Part shown: positions 1 through 14,062 of the stretch, in pieces
Layout of the letters: each line of letters opens with the position of its first letter
Numbering within the stretch: position 1 is the stretch's first letter
Source: the human T2T-CHM13v2.0 reference genome, Homo sapiens
Direction: 5' to 3' (one strand)
Length of the DNA: 64,000 nt
Assembly (NCBI RefSeq): GCF_009914755.1
Contig: NC_060930.1
The notes under the pieces: generated by a model
Database searches by the model: none
What the model was told of the DNA's origin: nothing
The model's input: only the letters and a program-made list of their open reading frames with translations
Translations under genes and position numbers: made by a program

Positions 1-59
1 AGTTTCCTGGCAAACAGAGAAATCTCTTTTTAGTTAAATAAAGCTTGGGTATAGAATTT

Positions 60-690
60 TTTTTGTAATAGACTTTATTTTTGAAGAAGTTTTATGTTCA
101 CAGAAAAATTGAGTGGAAAGTGCAGATTTCTCACGTACCATCTATTCCCACCAATAGCTTCTTCCATTGTCAACATATTCTGCACATTGATACTTAATAA
201 TGATCTGAAGTCAATTGTTTATATTATAGTTCACTCTTGCTATTGCACATCATATGGGGCTTGGACAACTGTCTGATTACATGTATCCAGCATTATAACA
301 TCATACAGGGTAGTTTTACTATCCTAAAGATTCCCTGTATTCCACCTGTTCATCCCTCCCACGCTCTAGTCTCTGGCAACTCCTGATTTTTTTACTGTCT
401 TCGGAATTTTTCCTTTTTTGGAATGTCATATAGTAGGAATTCTATAGCATGTGGCCTTTTCAGACTGGCTTCTTTCACTTAGTAATATGCATTTAAGAGT
501 TCTCCATCTCTTTTCATGGCTTGAGAACCTTTTTTTTTTTTAAGTTGCTGAATAATATTGTACAAATGGCTGAATCGCAGTTTATTTAGCCAGTTACTTA
601 TTGAAAGACATAATGGTTTACTTTTAACTGTGGGAAATTATTAATAAAGTTTCTACACACATCTGCATGCAGCTTTTGTGTGGACTTTTG
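60..690 (-). mobile_element. Old L1M (L1MC/MB-like) 3' fragment
   Basis: Typical L1M 3'UTR motifs (agactttattttt...cacagaaaaattgagtggaaag; cttctttcacttagtaatatgc). Confidence 0.65.
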
Positions 691-850
691 AAAGATGGGG
701 AATTCTCATATTTTATTAAAAAGGCTCATAAAGCACATGATGATGAAATCTGTGAGCCTGATTTTTTCCATAAAATATTAAAATGCATACAATTAATTCT
801 GGAAAAAAAATAAGTGAATGCCCCATAGATTCAATTATTCATGGATTTTA

Positions 851-1220
851 TTTTATTTTTTTATTTATTTTATATTTTATTTTATTTTATTTATTATTTT
901 ATTTTATTTTATTTTAATTATTGTAGTTCATTTTATTGAGAAGGAGTCTCACTTTGTGGCCCAGGCTGCAGTTCTGTTGCATGATCTTGGCTTGCTGCAA
1001 CCTCTGCCTCCAGGGTTCAAGTGATTCTCTTGCCTCAGACTCCCAAGTAGCTGAGATTACAGGTGCCCACCACCAAGCCCAGCTAATTTTTTGTATTTTT
1101 AGTAGAGATGGGGTTTCACCATGTTGGTCAGGCTGGTCTCAAACTTCTGACCTCAAGTGATCCACCTGCCTCGACCTCCACAAGTGCAGGGACTACAGGC
1201 ATGAGCCACTCCACCTGGCC
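851..1220 (-). mobile_element. AluS with expanded (TTTTA)n tail
   Basis: Alu body 936-1220; TSD catggatttta at 840-850 and 1221-1231. Confidence 0.92.
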
Positions 1221-1329
1221 CATGGATTTTAATACACAAACTCATAGACATGAGGATCCACTGCTGATTAGTGAATATTCACACTTCAAAATTAATCCAA
1301 CAGTCTATTCCAATATTTTTTAAATATTA

Positions 1330-3560
1330 GATTCATAAAGATACAATTCATATATCACAAGATAAAACATTTTAAAGTGTATAACTCTGCGGTTTTGAGT
1401 ATATGCACAGAATTGTACAAACATTAAGAGTATCTAATTTTAGAAAATTTTCATCAACACAAAAAGTAACCAACACTCCTTCTTCATTCCCCCGGCCCCT
1501 AGTTTGTGGGAACCGCTAATATACTTTTTGTCTCTATGGATTTGCTTATTCTGGATCTTTTACATAAACAGAATAATACAATATGTGGTCTATTGCATCT
1601 TGTTTCTTTCACTTAGCATAATGTTTTCAAGGCTCATTCATGTTGTGGTATGCATCAGTATTTCATTCATTTTATTGCTCAATATTTCATTATATGATTA
1701 TTGCAGTTTCAATGTTCAGTCTCATACATTGGACATATGCACACACCTGATAAACTCTCACCATAATTGAGAAGCCAAACGTATCCAGCATAGAACCAAA
1801 AATTTTCTGTGTATCTCTATAATCCTACCATTCTATTCCTTCCTCAAACTCCCTCCTGCACCAGCCTCAAACCATCACAGATTCACTCTTTATTATTTAG
1901 AGTTCTTTCTTTTTCTAGATTTTTATATAAATGGAATAATAAAGTGTGTACTTTTTGTCTACTGTTTTTCAGTAAGCATAATTAACATTTATACATGTTA
2001 TTGTATGTATTAATATAATTAGAATATGTGAATACAATGATATTTATACATGTAATTGTATGTAATAATATAATGAATAAAAATATTCATTATATTATTT
2101 GAACATTATCATTCCTTAATAAATTCCAATGTATGTATATACTACAGGGTGTTTATCTGTTCACCTAGTTATGGACATTTGGGTAACTGCAGTTTGGTTT
2201 CTATTTCCTAAAATCATGTACATTTCTTTACATCAATAGCCATAGCCTTAGTTTAATATTCTTTTACTTCCTTGACTCTCTCTAACTCAATTCAAAGAAC
2301 CCAAACTCTAATGTTTTAATTTTAGTTTTAAAAACTTTCGATGATACAAAATTGAGAAAAAAATTGTCATCACTAGTAAATAGATAAAAACTCTGATACA
2401 CCCACACAGTGGAATATGACTCCACAATTTTAAAAAGCATCATCTACTGATACATATGACAAGGATGAGTCTCTAAATAACTTAATAAGTAAAATAAATT
2501 GGACTCAAAAAACTATATACTCTGTGATTCCATTTATATGACATTCAGAAAAAGAAAATTAAGGAAACAGAAATAAGAGGAGAGGTTGCCACGGAATGGA
2601 AATAGAATAAGGAAATTGACTATAACTGGCATGAAGGAATATTTTTAGAGATAATGGAAATATTCTGCATCTTTATTTTGATGCTGGCTTGATGAATGTA
2701 TATTTTTCAAAAATTATAGAACTGCACACCTTTAAGGTGAAATTTACTATATATAAATTGTGTTCAAGTAAATCTGACTAAAATCACTTTTCTATAAGCA
2801 AAAAATAACCACTTATAAAATATACTTTTAAGTTACCATTTACCATAACATCTGGAAATACCAAGCACCTACAAATAAACATAACCAAAAATGTGTATAT
2901 GATTTCTGCACAGAAAACTATAAACTGTTATTGACATGTTAAATGAATCATCATAAAATGGAATTATATGCCATGTTCACTCCTTGGAAAACTCAATATT
3001 CTAAGGGTGTCAATCAATACCATAGGGCCATTAAAAATCTTATATTTTTTTCATAATTTGATGAGAAAATTTAAAAATATATGTTCAAAAATATGAAAAT
3101 AGTTAATATTTTATAAAAAACTCAGCAACAGACAGTATTTCAAATAAAAAGATTTATAAACCTACCAAACACTATAATGTGTGATAGTAAATTAAAAATA
3201 GACAAAGAGGCCAGTCAAATAAAATGGATGTCACTAAAGCAGACTCACATATTTATGAAAGTGTGATTTACACTAAAGAGTGTACTGCAGATGAGCTGTA
3301 GAAAAACTTTGTTTCCAAAAACTGGTGCTCAGATAAGTAGACATATATATAGAAAACAATGAATATATAGTGTGTTTGTTTGTATATGTTATAAAGAAAA
3401 ACCAATAAAAGATTGGATGTTAATATAGGAAAATATCTAACTCATGATCTTTGAGTAGCAAAATATTTTTTAGTAACAAAAAATACTAACAAGTATAAAT
3501 GATGACATTAAAGTGGAAAACATCTGTTTAACAAAAGATACCAAATTACAAATTGTAAAA
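1330..3560. mobile_element. Patchwork of old L1M fragments on both strands
   Basis: L1 3'UTR and ORF2-end motifs, heavily decayed. Confidence 0.55.
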
Positions 3561-3571
3561 AAGAATAATAT

Positions 3572-3695
3572 GTCAAGTACGCATGGTGGCCTGTATTCCC
3601 AGGACTTGGGGTAGCCAAGATGGGAGAATCATTTGAAGCCAGTAGTTCAAAGCCAGCCTGGGCACCACAATGAGATCTCATCACTAAAAAAACAA
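3572..3695 (+). mobile_element. FLAM / Alu monomer
   Basis: Decayed left-arm-like sequence with A tail. Confidence 0.7.
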
Positions 3696-3709
3696 TATTT
3701 AAAAGATTA

Positions 3710-4296
<587 letters not shown>

Positions 4297-5713
4297 TTAT
4301 AGATCACCAATTTTGTAACATTTAAGCTTCATTTAAGTAACATTTTTGCCAAAAAGGAGAACCTCAATTTAATCAGGAATACTCAGCCTATGTAACTAAA
4401 TGTAAAATCATTTGACCAAATGTCTAGGCTGTAATTTTTGTTCAATCTTTGCATCAATGTCATGAATGTCATGGAGACAAAGAGTAGATGAAATAACCTA
4501 GTACTCCTGAGGGTACTGGTAGGATAGATTAAAGTCTTGATTACTGAAAAAAGTGAGGAATAACTTCTTGCTTTAAGTCACAGTACCGAAAGGAGAATCC
4601 TAGCTAAAAAGCTTTTCAGAAAGAGAAGACATTTGCGGAAGTTGAAGCACAGATTTGAATTGTTTCAGTTCCAGAAATTGGATGGAGAAGATCCTGAATT
4701 GCCTGTAGAGTTATGCAAATGACATTAAAAAGGCAAATCCTGCGAGGGCACATACAGCGTCTTTGAATTATTTTTTTAACATTTAATTATATAGAATATT
4801 AAATATGTGATAAATCTCTATGTTCACATTTTGTGTTTATTTAAATATCAATTAATTGCTAATCTTATTTGCTCTATACCCTCATTCTAATCCCACACAC
4901 TGTATAATCAGTAATATTACTCAGTAAATCCTAGACATAATATAAATTCATCCATACACATTTCACTGTGTATTTCTATAAGATATGAACGATAATTTTT
5001 AGAAAACCATATATCTATAATCTCACATATAAATAAGCAATATTTCCTTAGTATAATAAAATATCTGATGAGTTTTAAAAGTCCAATTCACTTATAAATC
5101 TCATACATTTGTAATAGAGCTTTTCAAACATTTTAATTAGTGACAAGGTAAGCTCTATACTTTGCAACTTAAATCATTTATTCATTTTTTCCCATCCCAG
5201 ACACTGCAGGCGCTGGTCGCTGGTACAACCCTGCTGGGTCTACTAATTAAATTATTTTGAATTGCAAAGACAATGTTTGGAACAAATAAAAGAACCAAGA
5301 AGACAACAAGACAATAATGCATAAGTGAAATCATAGAAAAGCAACAGATAATATAAACAGAAATGTATATTTCCACGTATTGAAGTTATTGAACAAATTA
5401 TAAAAATGATTTTATTTAGTATTTACAAGGAGATAGAAAACATGACTCACAATTTTAGCAGAGAACTCAAGAAAAATTGGAAAGCCAAATTTTAAATCGT
5501 TAATTAAAAAATACAGTAACAAGTCCATGGATAAATTTAAGAGCAATATAAATTATTAAGAAAAAAGTAAACTACAAAATAGATGAGACAACAATGTTAA
5601 GAAAAGAACAAGAGACACAGTAAAGGAAAATGGAGAAATGAGTTAGGGACACTAAGAATACACTGTAAAAGCTTAATGCAATTATCAATGAATTTTTTAA
5701 ATCAATGAAGATT

Positions 5714-6011
5714 GCAAGGTGCATGGCTGGCTCGGGCCTGTAATCCCAGCACTTAGGGAGGCCAAGGTTGGAAGATCGCTTGCATCCAAGAGTTCAAGAC
5801 CAGCCTGGGCAACATAGTGAGACCCTGTCTCTACAAAAAATTAGCGGGGCCTGGTAGGTAGTGCATGCCTGTAGTCTGGGAGGCTGAGGTGGGAGGATCA
5901 CTTGAACCCGAGAAGCAATGGTTGCAGTAAGCCCAGACAGCACCACTGCATTCCAGCCTAGGAGACAAAGCAAGACGCCGTCTCAGAAGTAAAAAAAAAA
6001 AAAAAAAAAAA
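5714..6011 (+). mobile_element. AluJ
   Basis: Dimeric Alu with J-type diagnostics (gatcgcttg, gtgagaccctgtctctac). Confidence 0.88.
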
Positions 6012-6130
6012 GAAGAAGAAGATGAAGAGTGATGATGGGGCTTAAAAGGCTGACTATTGAGGAGTTGAAACCCAAGAACTGTCTAAAGGATGATGAGACA
6101 ACATATCAATTCATAGATCTAAAATGTCCT

Positions 6131-6435
<305 letters not shown>

Positions 6436-7753
6436 AGGTACTATCACCATAAAGAAAGATAAAAAGAAAATTTCTTCAAAGCTATCAGAATAAAACTGCC
6501 AAGAACATAAGGTACAGCAACCAGAGCAAAAACAAAGCCTTAAAAGCGGAAACACACGTTTTCATATTAACATCAAGATAATACATGTTTTCATATTAGC
6601 ATCAGTAAATACGAAGAAATTAGAATGATATATTTAAAGAGTTGAAGAAGACTAATGGACAACTTAGACTTTTATAACGAGCAATAATTTATTTCACTTT
6701 TGAAAATTAAATACAGACATTTTCAGGCATACACATATTGGTTTCATCACCAGCAGAGCTGCCCATCATGAAAAGGTTCTCATGATAAAGTTAGAGATGC
6801 AGGAAAGAGTGTGACAAATCAATAGTGCATTTAATGTTGAGATTATAAGATTTAAGAGCAAAAGCATGTAAGTAAGGCAGAAGTTAAGTACAGCTTAAAT
6901 ATATGTTCTCTGAGAAAAAGTTAATACATCAAGAAATAGTAGACTTTCAAATAAATTTGGTACATTCTGCAATCTCTAGGTTAGCTAAATAACTAATGAA
7001 TTAAAAAATAAAATAATGAAATAATTACTTAAGGATAACAATAATTACATGCTTTATCAATCTAAAGTTTTTAATAAAAGAAAGCATATTATAGAATATG
7101 TGATGCAAAATTAGACATATAAATAAGATGGATAATTTAAAACCCAATATATTAGTAGAAGTCTGAATGGAAAAAGAAAAAACTAATAAAATTAAGATAC
7201 AGAGGTTGTGGAATGGATAAGAGTAACAAACATAACTGTGTTATATTTACAGAAAATATATCTAAAACATAACAATATAGGAAAGTTAAAAATATAATAA
7301 TAAATGATATCCTATGCAAATATTAAACAGCTAAAGCTTTCCTTAAACCAAATAGTTTTAGAAAAAGAAGACTTTAAATGAAAAAAAAAGAATACTACAC
7401 ATAGAGCTTATTCAGGGGATCAATGCCAAATTTAAACGCACATGCAATATAGGTTTGAAATAAACATTTACCTAATAAGGATAAATAATCAGTTGATAAT
7501 GAAAGTAAAAGATCCCAATAAAATTTTCATAGCATATGATAGAATATGCAGACAACAAATCAGAAATTATCTAAAACACTTGAACCGTAAAATTGTTCTG
7601 AGAGGCACATAACGGCATTAAAACACAATACCCAAATAATGGCACATTTATTTCCAGGCGCTCATTTATTTCCAGATATCATATGTGTGATATCTAGGTA
7701 ACGTCATGTTAAGGGAAAATTTGTACTGTAATTTTATTTGTTGGAAAATACCA

Positions 7754-8050
7754 GGCCGTGTGCGATGGCTCACGCCTGTAATCCCAGCACTTTAGGAGGC
7801 TGAGGCGGGAGGATCAGGAGGTCAAGAGGTTGAGACCATCCTGCCCAACTTGGTGAAACCCCGTCTCTACTAAAAATACAAAAATTAGTCGGGCGTGGTG
7901 GCAGGCACCCGTAATCCCAGCTACTCAGGAGGCTGAGGCAGAATAATCTCTGGAACCTGGGAGGCGAGGTTGCAGTGAGCCAAGATCGCACCACTGCACT
8001 CCAGACTAGTGAAAGACCAAGACTCCATTTCAACAACCACCACAACAACA
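7754..8050 (+). mobile_element. AluSc-like
   Basis: Dimeric Alu; TSD aaaatacca at 7745-7753 and 8051-8059. Confidence 0.92.
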
Positions 8051-8479
8051 AAAATACCAAAGCCTGAAAAAGCAATGATCAAAGTATACATGCCAAAGAG
8101 ATGAGAAAAATAAATAAATAAATCTGAAGACAGCATAAAGGCAGAAATAATGGTCACAGGGTAGAGATTTACGAAATAAAAAACCTGTACATTTGAAAAG
8201 TTTGACTCTTTACAAAAGTGTATATTGGATAAAGCCCTGGGAAGAGTGCTCATGATTTTAGAAGACTGGAGTCTTGACTCAAAGCCCTTTTCAGCATTAA
8301 AATGACACATGATCAGCCTGAAATGTACGTGATGCTGAAAATAATGTATTTAGTAGAGAAAAAACAGGAGTTTAGATAATAAGGATGAAAGAAAGAAGGC
8401 ATTGGATGAGCAACTATTACTGCAGAATACTGAGCTTGCTTATGAAATTCAAAATCATTATGATGAAAACAAAAATTCA

Positions 8480-9590
8480 GAAACAAATTGAATGTGATAA
8501 TGATGTCTAAAAAATACAGCAGATATGATAATGGTAAAATGTTGAAGTCCTTTTATTTTGTAATCTGGCAAAAGACAAGAAAGTCTATTTACAAAGAATT
8601 AATTAAACATTGTACTGGATGTCCTTGCCAGTGCAATAAAGCAAAATATAAAAATAAGAGATATAAAGATTGGAAAGAGAGAAATGAAATAATTTTCACA
8701 GTATATGGAAATCTAAAATAATTTATCACTTATTCTTCTAATTAGGTTATCATTAGAATTATTATAACTAATGGTGAATTAACAATGGTATGAAATATAT
8801 GACCCATATTCAGAAAATTATAGCATTTCTGTATATTAGAAGTAATACTCAGAAAATAAATATATACAATATTATTCATATATACCATTTAAATGGAACC
8901 CAAAAATATAAAATCCCAAGTAATAATTCTAGCAAAAGTTATGAAGAATTTTACAAAGAGAACTTTAACATAGAGACAGTATAATTGAGAGAAATTTAAA
9001 ATGAGTTTAAAAATGAAGGAGTTTGGAGTATTCATGAACTGAAACATTGAATATTGTAAACATTTTTATGAATTCAATTAAATACTGATCATAAAACAAG
9101 CAGGGTGTTTGCTTGTTTGCTTTGTTTTTTGGAAATGACAACGTGATTCCACAATTTATATGGAAAGGCAAAACTGCAAACAGGGCAATATTGAAAAAGA
9201 AAAACATGAGTCGATTTGCATTTTTTAATATTAATCCTACTCATAAAGATGGAGAATGTAGTACTAGAAAAGAAGAGAGTATTCAGATTGAAAACCCAGG
9301 AACAGACTCATGTATATAAGGCTATTTGATATATAACAAATATTGCACAGCACAGCTGAAATGGCGTCATTTCCAATAAACTATGTGTCCCATTTTGGTA
9401 GCCACATAGTGAAAAATAATTCCTTATTCTCTACATGTTTCAGGTCCACATAGTGAAAAAATAATAATTCTCTACTCTCCATATGTTTCACGTATAAAAT
9501 CAGTGCTAGTGGGTTGTATAGATGAATATAATTATTCAATAAATATTCTAGAAATTTATGTTGTAGAATATCTTCAAGAAATATACACAT
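8480..9590 (+). mobile_element. Decayed L1M ORF2-region fragment
   Basis: ORF 9113-9319 reads IPQFIWKGKTANRAILKKKN, resembling the L1 ORF2 C-terminal region. Confidence 0.7.
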
Positions 9591-9788
9591 ATTGCATTGT
9601 TACATTTGGGGCAGGATAATTCTTTGTCATAGTTGGGCAGTCCAAGTATTGTAGCATGTTTAGCAGCACCCATGGCCTCTACCCACATGATGCCACTAGC
9701 ATTTCACCAGTTAAAACAACCAAAACTGTCACGAGTCATTGAGAAATATTCCCTAGGTGACAAAACAAAACCCATTTAAGAACCATTG
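9590..9788 (+). mobile_element. MER20 DNA transposon (hAT-Charlie)
   Basis: ggggcaggataattctttgt...tttagcagcacc...ggcctctaccca...aagaaccattg. Confidence 0.8.
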
Positions 9789-12014
9789 AATTAAACTACA
9801 TTAAAATTGTCATTAATGTTTATTAGATATTGTAAGGTAAGTGAAATGACAATTCACAGAGGGGCTCTTCTCAATGTATGTAAGTGATAAAGGCTTTTAT
9901 CCAAAATGTATTTTAAAACAGATATCAAAGACACAGTAATATAAAAGGACTTGAAACTTTATAGAAGAGGAAATCAAAATGTAAAATGAAAATCAGAATA
10001 GCCATTATTAAAATGCAAAAAAGAACTTCAATGTTTTTGAATTTGACAAAATGTTTTGAATTTGACAAAAAATCAAAATATTTTAAATTAGACTGCCCAT
10101 GTCAAATATTGCCAAAAACATGTAGCTGTTGGTGAGAATCTTGTTAGTGAACTATTTGCTATTGCCCAATAAAACTAATAATATGTTCTGTATGATTCTA
10201 CTTATAAGAAGTTCAAAAAATCAGGCAATACTGAAATGTCATGCTTGGGGAAGCACGTGAGGTATAGGTATAAAAATCAAGAAATAGATTACTGTAAAAA
10301 TCATACCAGTAGTTAACTTTGTGAAGGTAAGAGGTAGTGAATGGGCAAAAGTATTTGCCAGAGCCCTGTGTGCTAGCAAATTCTAGCTTCTGACCTGTAT
10401 ACCAGTTACACAGGTTTTTCTGATATATGGTTGAGCTACGCAGTTTTTCTTAAATATTTGTGTTTATATATCTTCAAAATATAAAAGGATAAAAAATGAA
10501 ATATTTCTTCAACTCTGGTTCCACTCCCCAAAGGTAACCACTGTCACCAAATTCTGAATTATTTTTCCCAATTTTTTGCACACATGTGCCTACATACATA
10601 TTTATATACCTTGAAAACAGCATGCATAGTATCTTGCATTTTTATCACATAATGTACCCTAGTGATGATTCTATATTGGAACATACATTATTAATTTTTC
10701 CAAAACAAGTGTGTATAAGTGCAGTGCATTTCTAAAAGAAGTATGTATAAGTGCAGTAAATTTTCAAAAGAAGTATGTATAGTGTAATGCTTAAAATAAT
10801 ATACTGTAATAGTCTGCAGCTTGGCAAGAAATTAAGCTTTCATTTATTTTTGTCACAACAGGTATACTACATGCAGATTAAAATATATATTATATATATA
10901 TATATATATATACATACCATTTATCTTTTAAGGGCATTGTTCATAACCTTGAAATATAAACAATAAAAATTATGAAGCAATAATTTATTTTTTTAAAAAA
11001 ATCCACTTGCCAAACAAACAAGATACTCCTTCCAGGATGTCAGTAATATCAAGATAAAATGCCAGAGAATTTTAGCTGAGTATAGTAAATCAAACAGCTA
11101 ATTTTTAACTTTGATGGAGGAGAAAATTAGATAAATTCTGAAAATTCATCCATTTATTTTTCTCTATATATATATGTTAACAGCAAGCAAACACATTAAA
11201 TCCTTAAATTTGGTTGCTAAGTTCACAAATGTCATGGACACAGTGAGGTAATATTTACAGACTGAATACTGATTTACTATCCTTTGAGTTTATTTGTACA
11301 TTTCATAGAGTAGATGCTCTTTATAGATATACTCTTTTGGAAAAAGTCCAGATAACTGGATAATTAACTATTAATATCACTTTTTGAAAATTAAATATTA
11401 ATATGTTTCTTCCAGGAAAAATTATTTAACAGGTTTTATTCAGACTACTAAGACATACAAAAACCTGACATTAACTCTTTGGTTTTCTAAAGATTCTCTT
11501 CAGGAAAATGTGCCATCAGTCTTTCTAAATGTATTCAATTTTATCTCAGCAGTCTTGAACCTCAATCTACATGATGTTAATATACCTCCAAACAGCCATT
11601 CACATTTCTTAAGGTGATGAAATATGTATTACCTATAATATTCTTAACTAAGTTATTGTAAGGCATATTTATCATGCCACATAATCCTGGGGGAAAATTG
11701 GGTATAATAACAATTCCCAAAAATGCCTCTTGACAAAGAGTTGGAATTCAACTTTTTTCTTCTACTGCTAAGGATGTTTGCATCGTGTCTTTGGAAAAAT
11801 GTATCTCATAATTGCAAAGCCCTAATTCCTGATGCTCCATTAACAATATTACTCAAGATATTGTTGCTGATGTGGCTGCTTATATTATTCCCAAGTGAAT
11901 TTGTAGATATTTAGCAATAGCTGAGGCCATCTACAATGTAAATTCCTATCTATGTTACTCCTCTTGAGAATCTACTCTTGGTACATTTATCAAAGGAAGA
12001 CACTTTTAGCAACA

Positions 12015-12711
12015 CAGCAGTCCCCCCTTACCAGCGGTTTCACTTTCCCCAGTTTTAGCTATCAGGGGTCAATCATGTTTTGAAAAATATTAAATAAAAG
12101 TTATAGAAATAATAACTTTGAAATTGTGTACCATAACGTGATAAATTCTCAGGTTGTCCGTCCTACTCCCTGTTTTCTTTATCACAAAAAGAAAAGTAGA
12201 TAATAATAAGGTATTTCAAGAGAAAGAGAGACCACATTCACATAACTTTTACTACAGTATATTGTTATAATAATTCTACTAATTATTAATGTTCATATAA
12301 TTATTAGTAAAAGGAATATAATTATATTCCTATATAATTATAGAAGTACACTACTCCTATAAATAATATATTAGTATAACTAATATAATTCTATTATCAT
12401 TAGTAGTGTTAGTTTAACTAATAAACTAATAGAATTATTAAACTAATATAATTAGCCTATTAGTTTAATACTACTCCCATAATGAGTATATTAGTTTAAA
12501 CAAATACTACTACTATAATAATTAGTAGTAGTAGTTTAACTAATAAACTACTATAATTATTAGTTAAATTTCACTATGCCTAGTTTTTAAATTACAGTCT
12601 ATTATAAGTATGTATGTGTAGGAAAAATAGTACATGTTTACTATCCACTGTTTCAGGCATCAACTGGGGGTCTTAATACATATCTTTTTACAGATAAGGG
12701 TGGAGCTACAG
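12015..12711 (+). mobile_element. MER44 (TcMar-Tigger) with AT-rich internal expansion
   Basis: Termini cagcagtccccccttacc... and ...ataagggtggagctacag resemble MER44 terminal inverted repeats. Confidence 0.75.
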
Positions 12712-14062
12712 TTACCTTCCAAAAGGTAGTATTGCCACTGCCATTGTTGCCTGCTAATGTAAATTCCAAAGAAGTAGATGATTTTGGGAAGGGCAGAAAA
12801 TAAAAATTTTCATCAATATTAATGATTTTGCCATTAATGCAGATTACCATTGCCATAGTCTGAGAAGTGACATGAAACTTGAGATTGCTAGAGCTCATAG
12901 GACAGTAGAACAGTGAAGGCATTGAGGTTTAAAGTGTTAATGTTATGAAGATAGCTAAAAACAGGACTTGATCAGTATAATCCTCTACCTAACACAACTT
13001 GGAATGGGGCAGAGAGTAAAGAAATGGACCTCGGTAAGGATGTGCATGAGCACTAAGAGATAGTGCTTGACGCAAGAGCAATAATAACAACAATAACCAT
13101 AATAAAGGTATATTATTGGGAGCATTAGAGAAGAACAACAGAAAACTAAAAATGGTTGCAGATGTTACCTCCGAGGAAGAAAATGGGACTAGGGACACAG
13201 GCCCTTTTTGTTTTTTGCTTGCACATTCTGTAATTAGAAAATGTTATTTTATAGACACACATATCAAATAATAGGAGAAAAAAGATATTTCATGTAAGAT
13301 TAGTTTATTCTCAATATTCTGAATTAGAATATTGGATTAAAACAATATTTAGAATGATAGAAGCTGGATTAAAACAACTCTAAAACAAGCATTTGTACTG
13401 CATTGACATCTCTGTAGAAGTTGCTGTCATACTAGTTGAGAAGAGCTTGGGGACCTGGACTTGGGAGATTTAATGGATAGATAAAATTACACAGAGGGGT
13501 AACCTTATGAAGAATTCTGAAACCAAGCATTTGGAAGTCTAAGAAAAGAAGGGACAACAATGCAAGTTGTCCAACCAAAACCTCTCTTCCCTACTTTCTT
13601 GTTTCTGAATGCCATTTTTGTTTGAAAGAGCAATGTGTCCTGCCAAATAACTACAATGCCCAGTCTCCTTGCCCTTGTGGCTGGTGACATGTTATAGTCC
13701 TGTAGAAAGATACGTAGGCTGAAGTTGTTGAAAAGGACACTTTGTTCTTCAACTTCTCCCTTCCTGCCCTGATATAAAAACATGATAACACACTACTTAT
13801 TACTCTAAATATGCATAACTTTTATATGCACTAGGAAGTGTATATATCAATACTTAGAGATACAATTTCAGAAATGGTCAAATTAAAGAAAACAAGTTAA
13901 AAGTTTACAAGTTCTTATAATAATTATAGAGGCAAGATAAATTACAGATTCAATTTTTTAAACTAGTAATTTAATTAATCACATCATGGATAATGTTTAG
14001 AGCTAAAATTTATTCTGTATTTACATAATTAATATTGTAATTAAAAACCACTGAGTATTTTT

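Noticed and set aside
9400-10780. Short tandem duplications (~45 bp at ~9400, ~20 bp at ~10030, ~32 bp at ~10707)
   Set aside because: Ordinary slippage products of two or three units; not a repeat-spacer (CRISPR-like) array.
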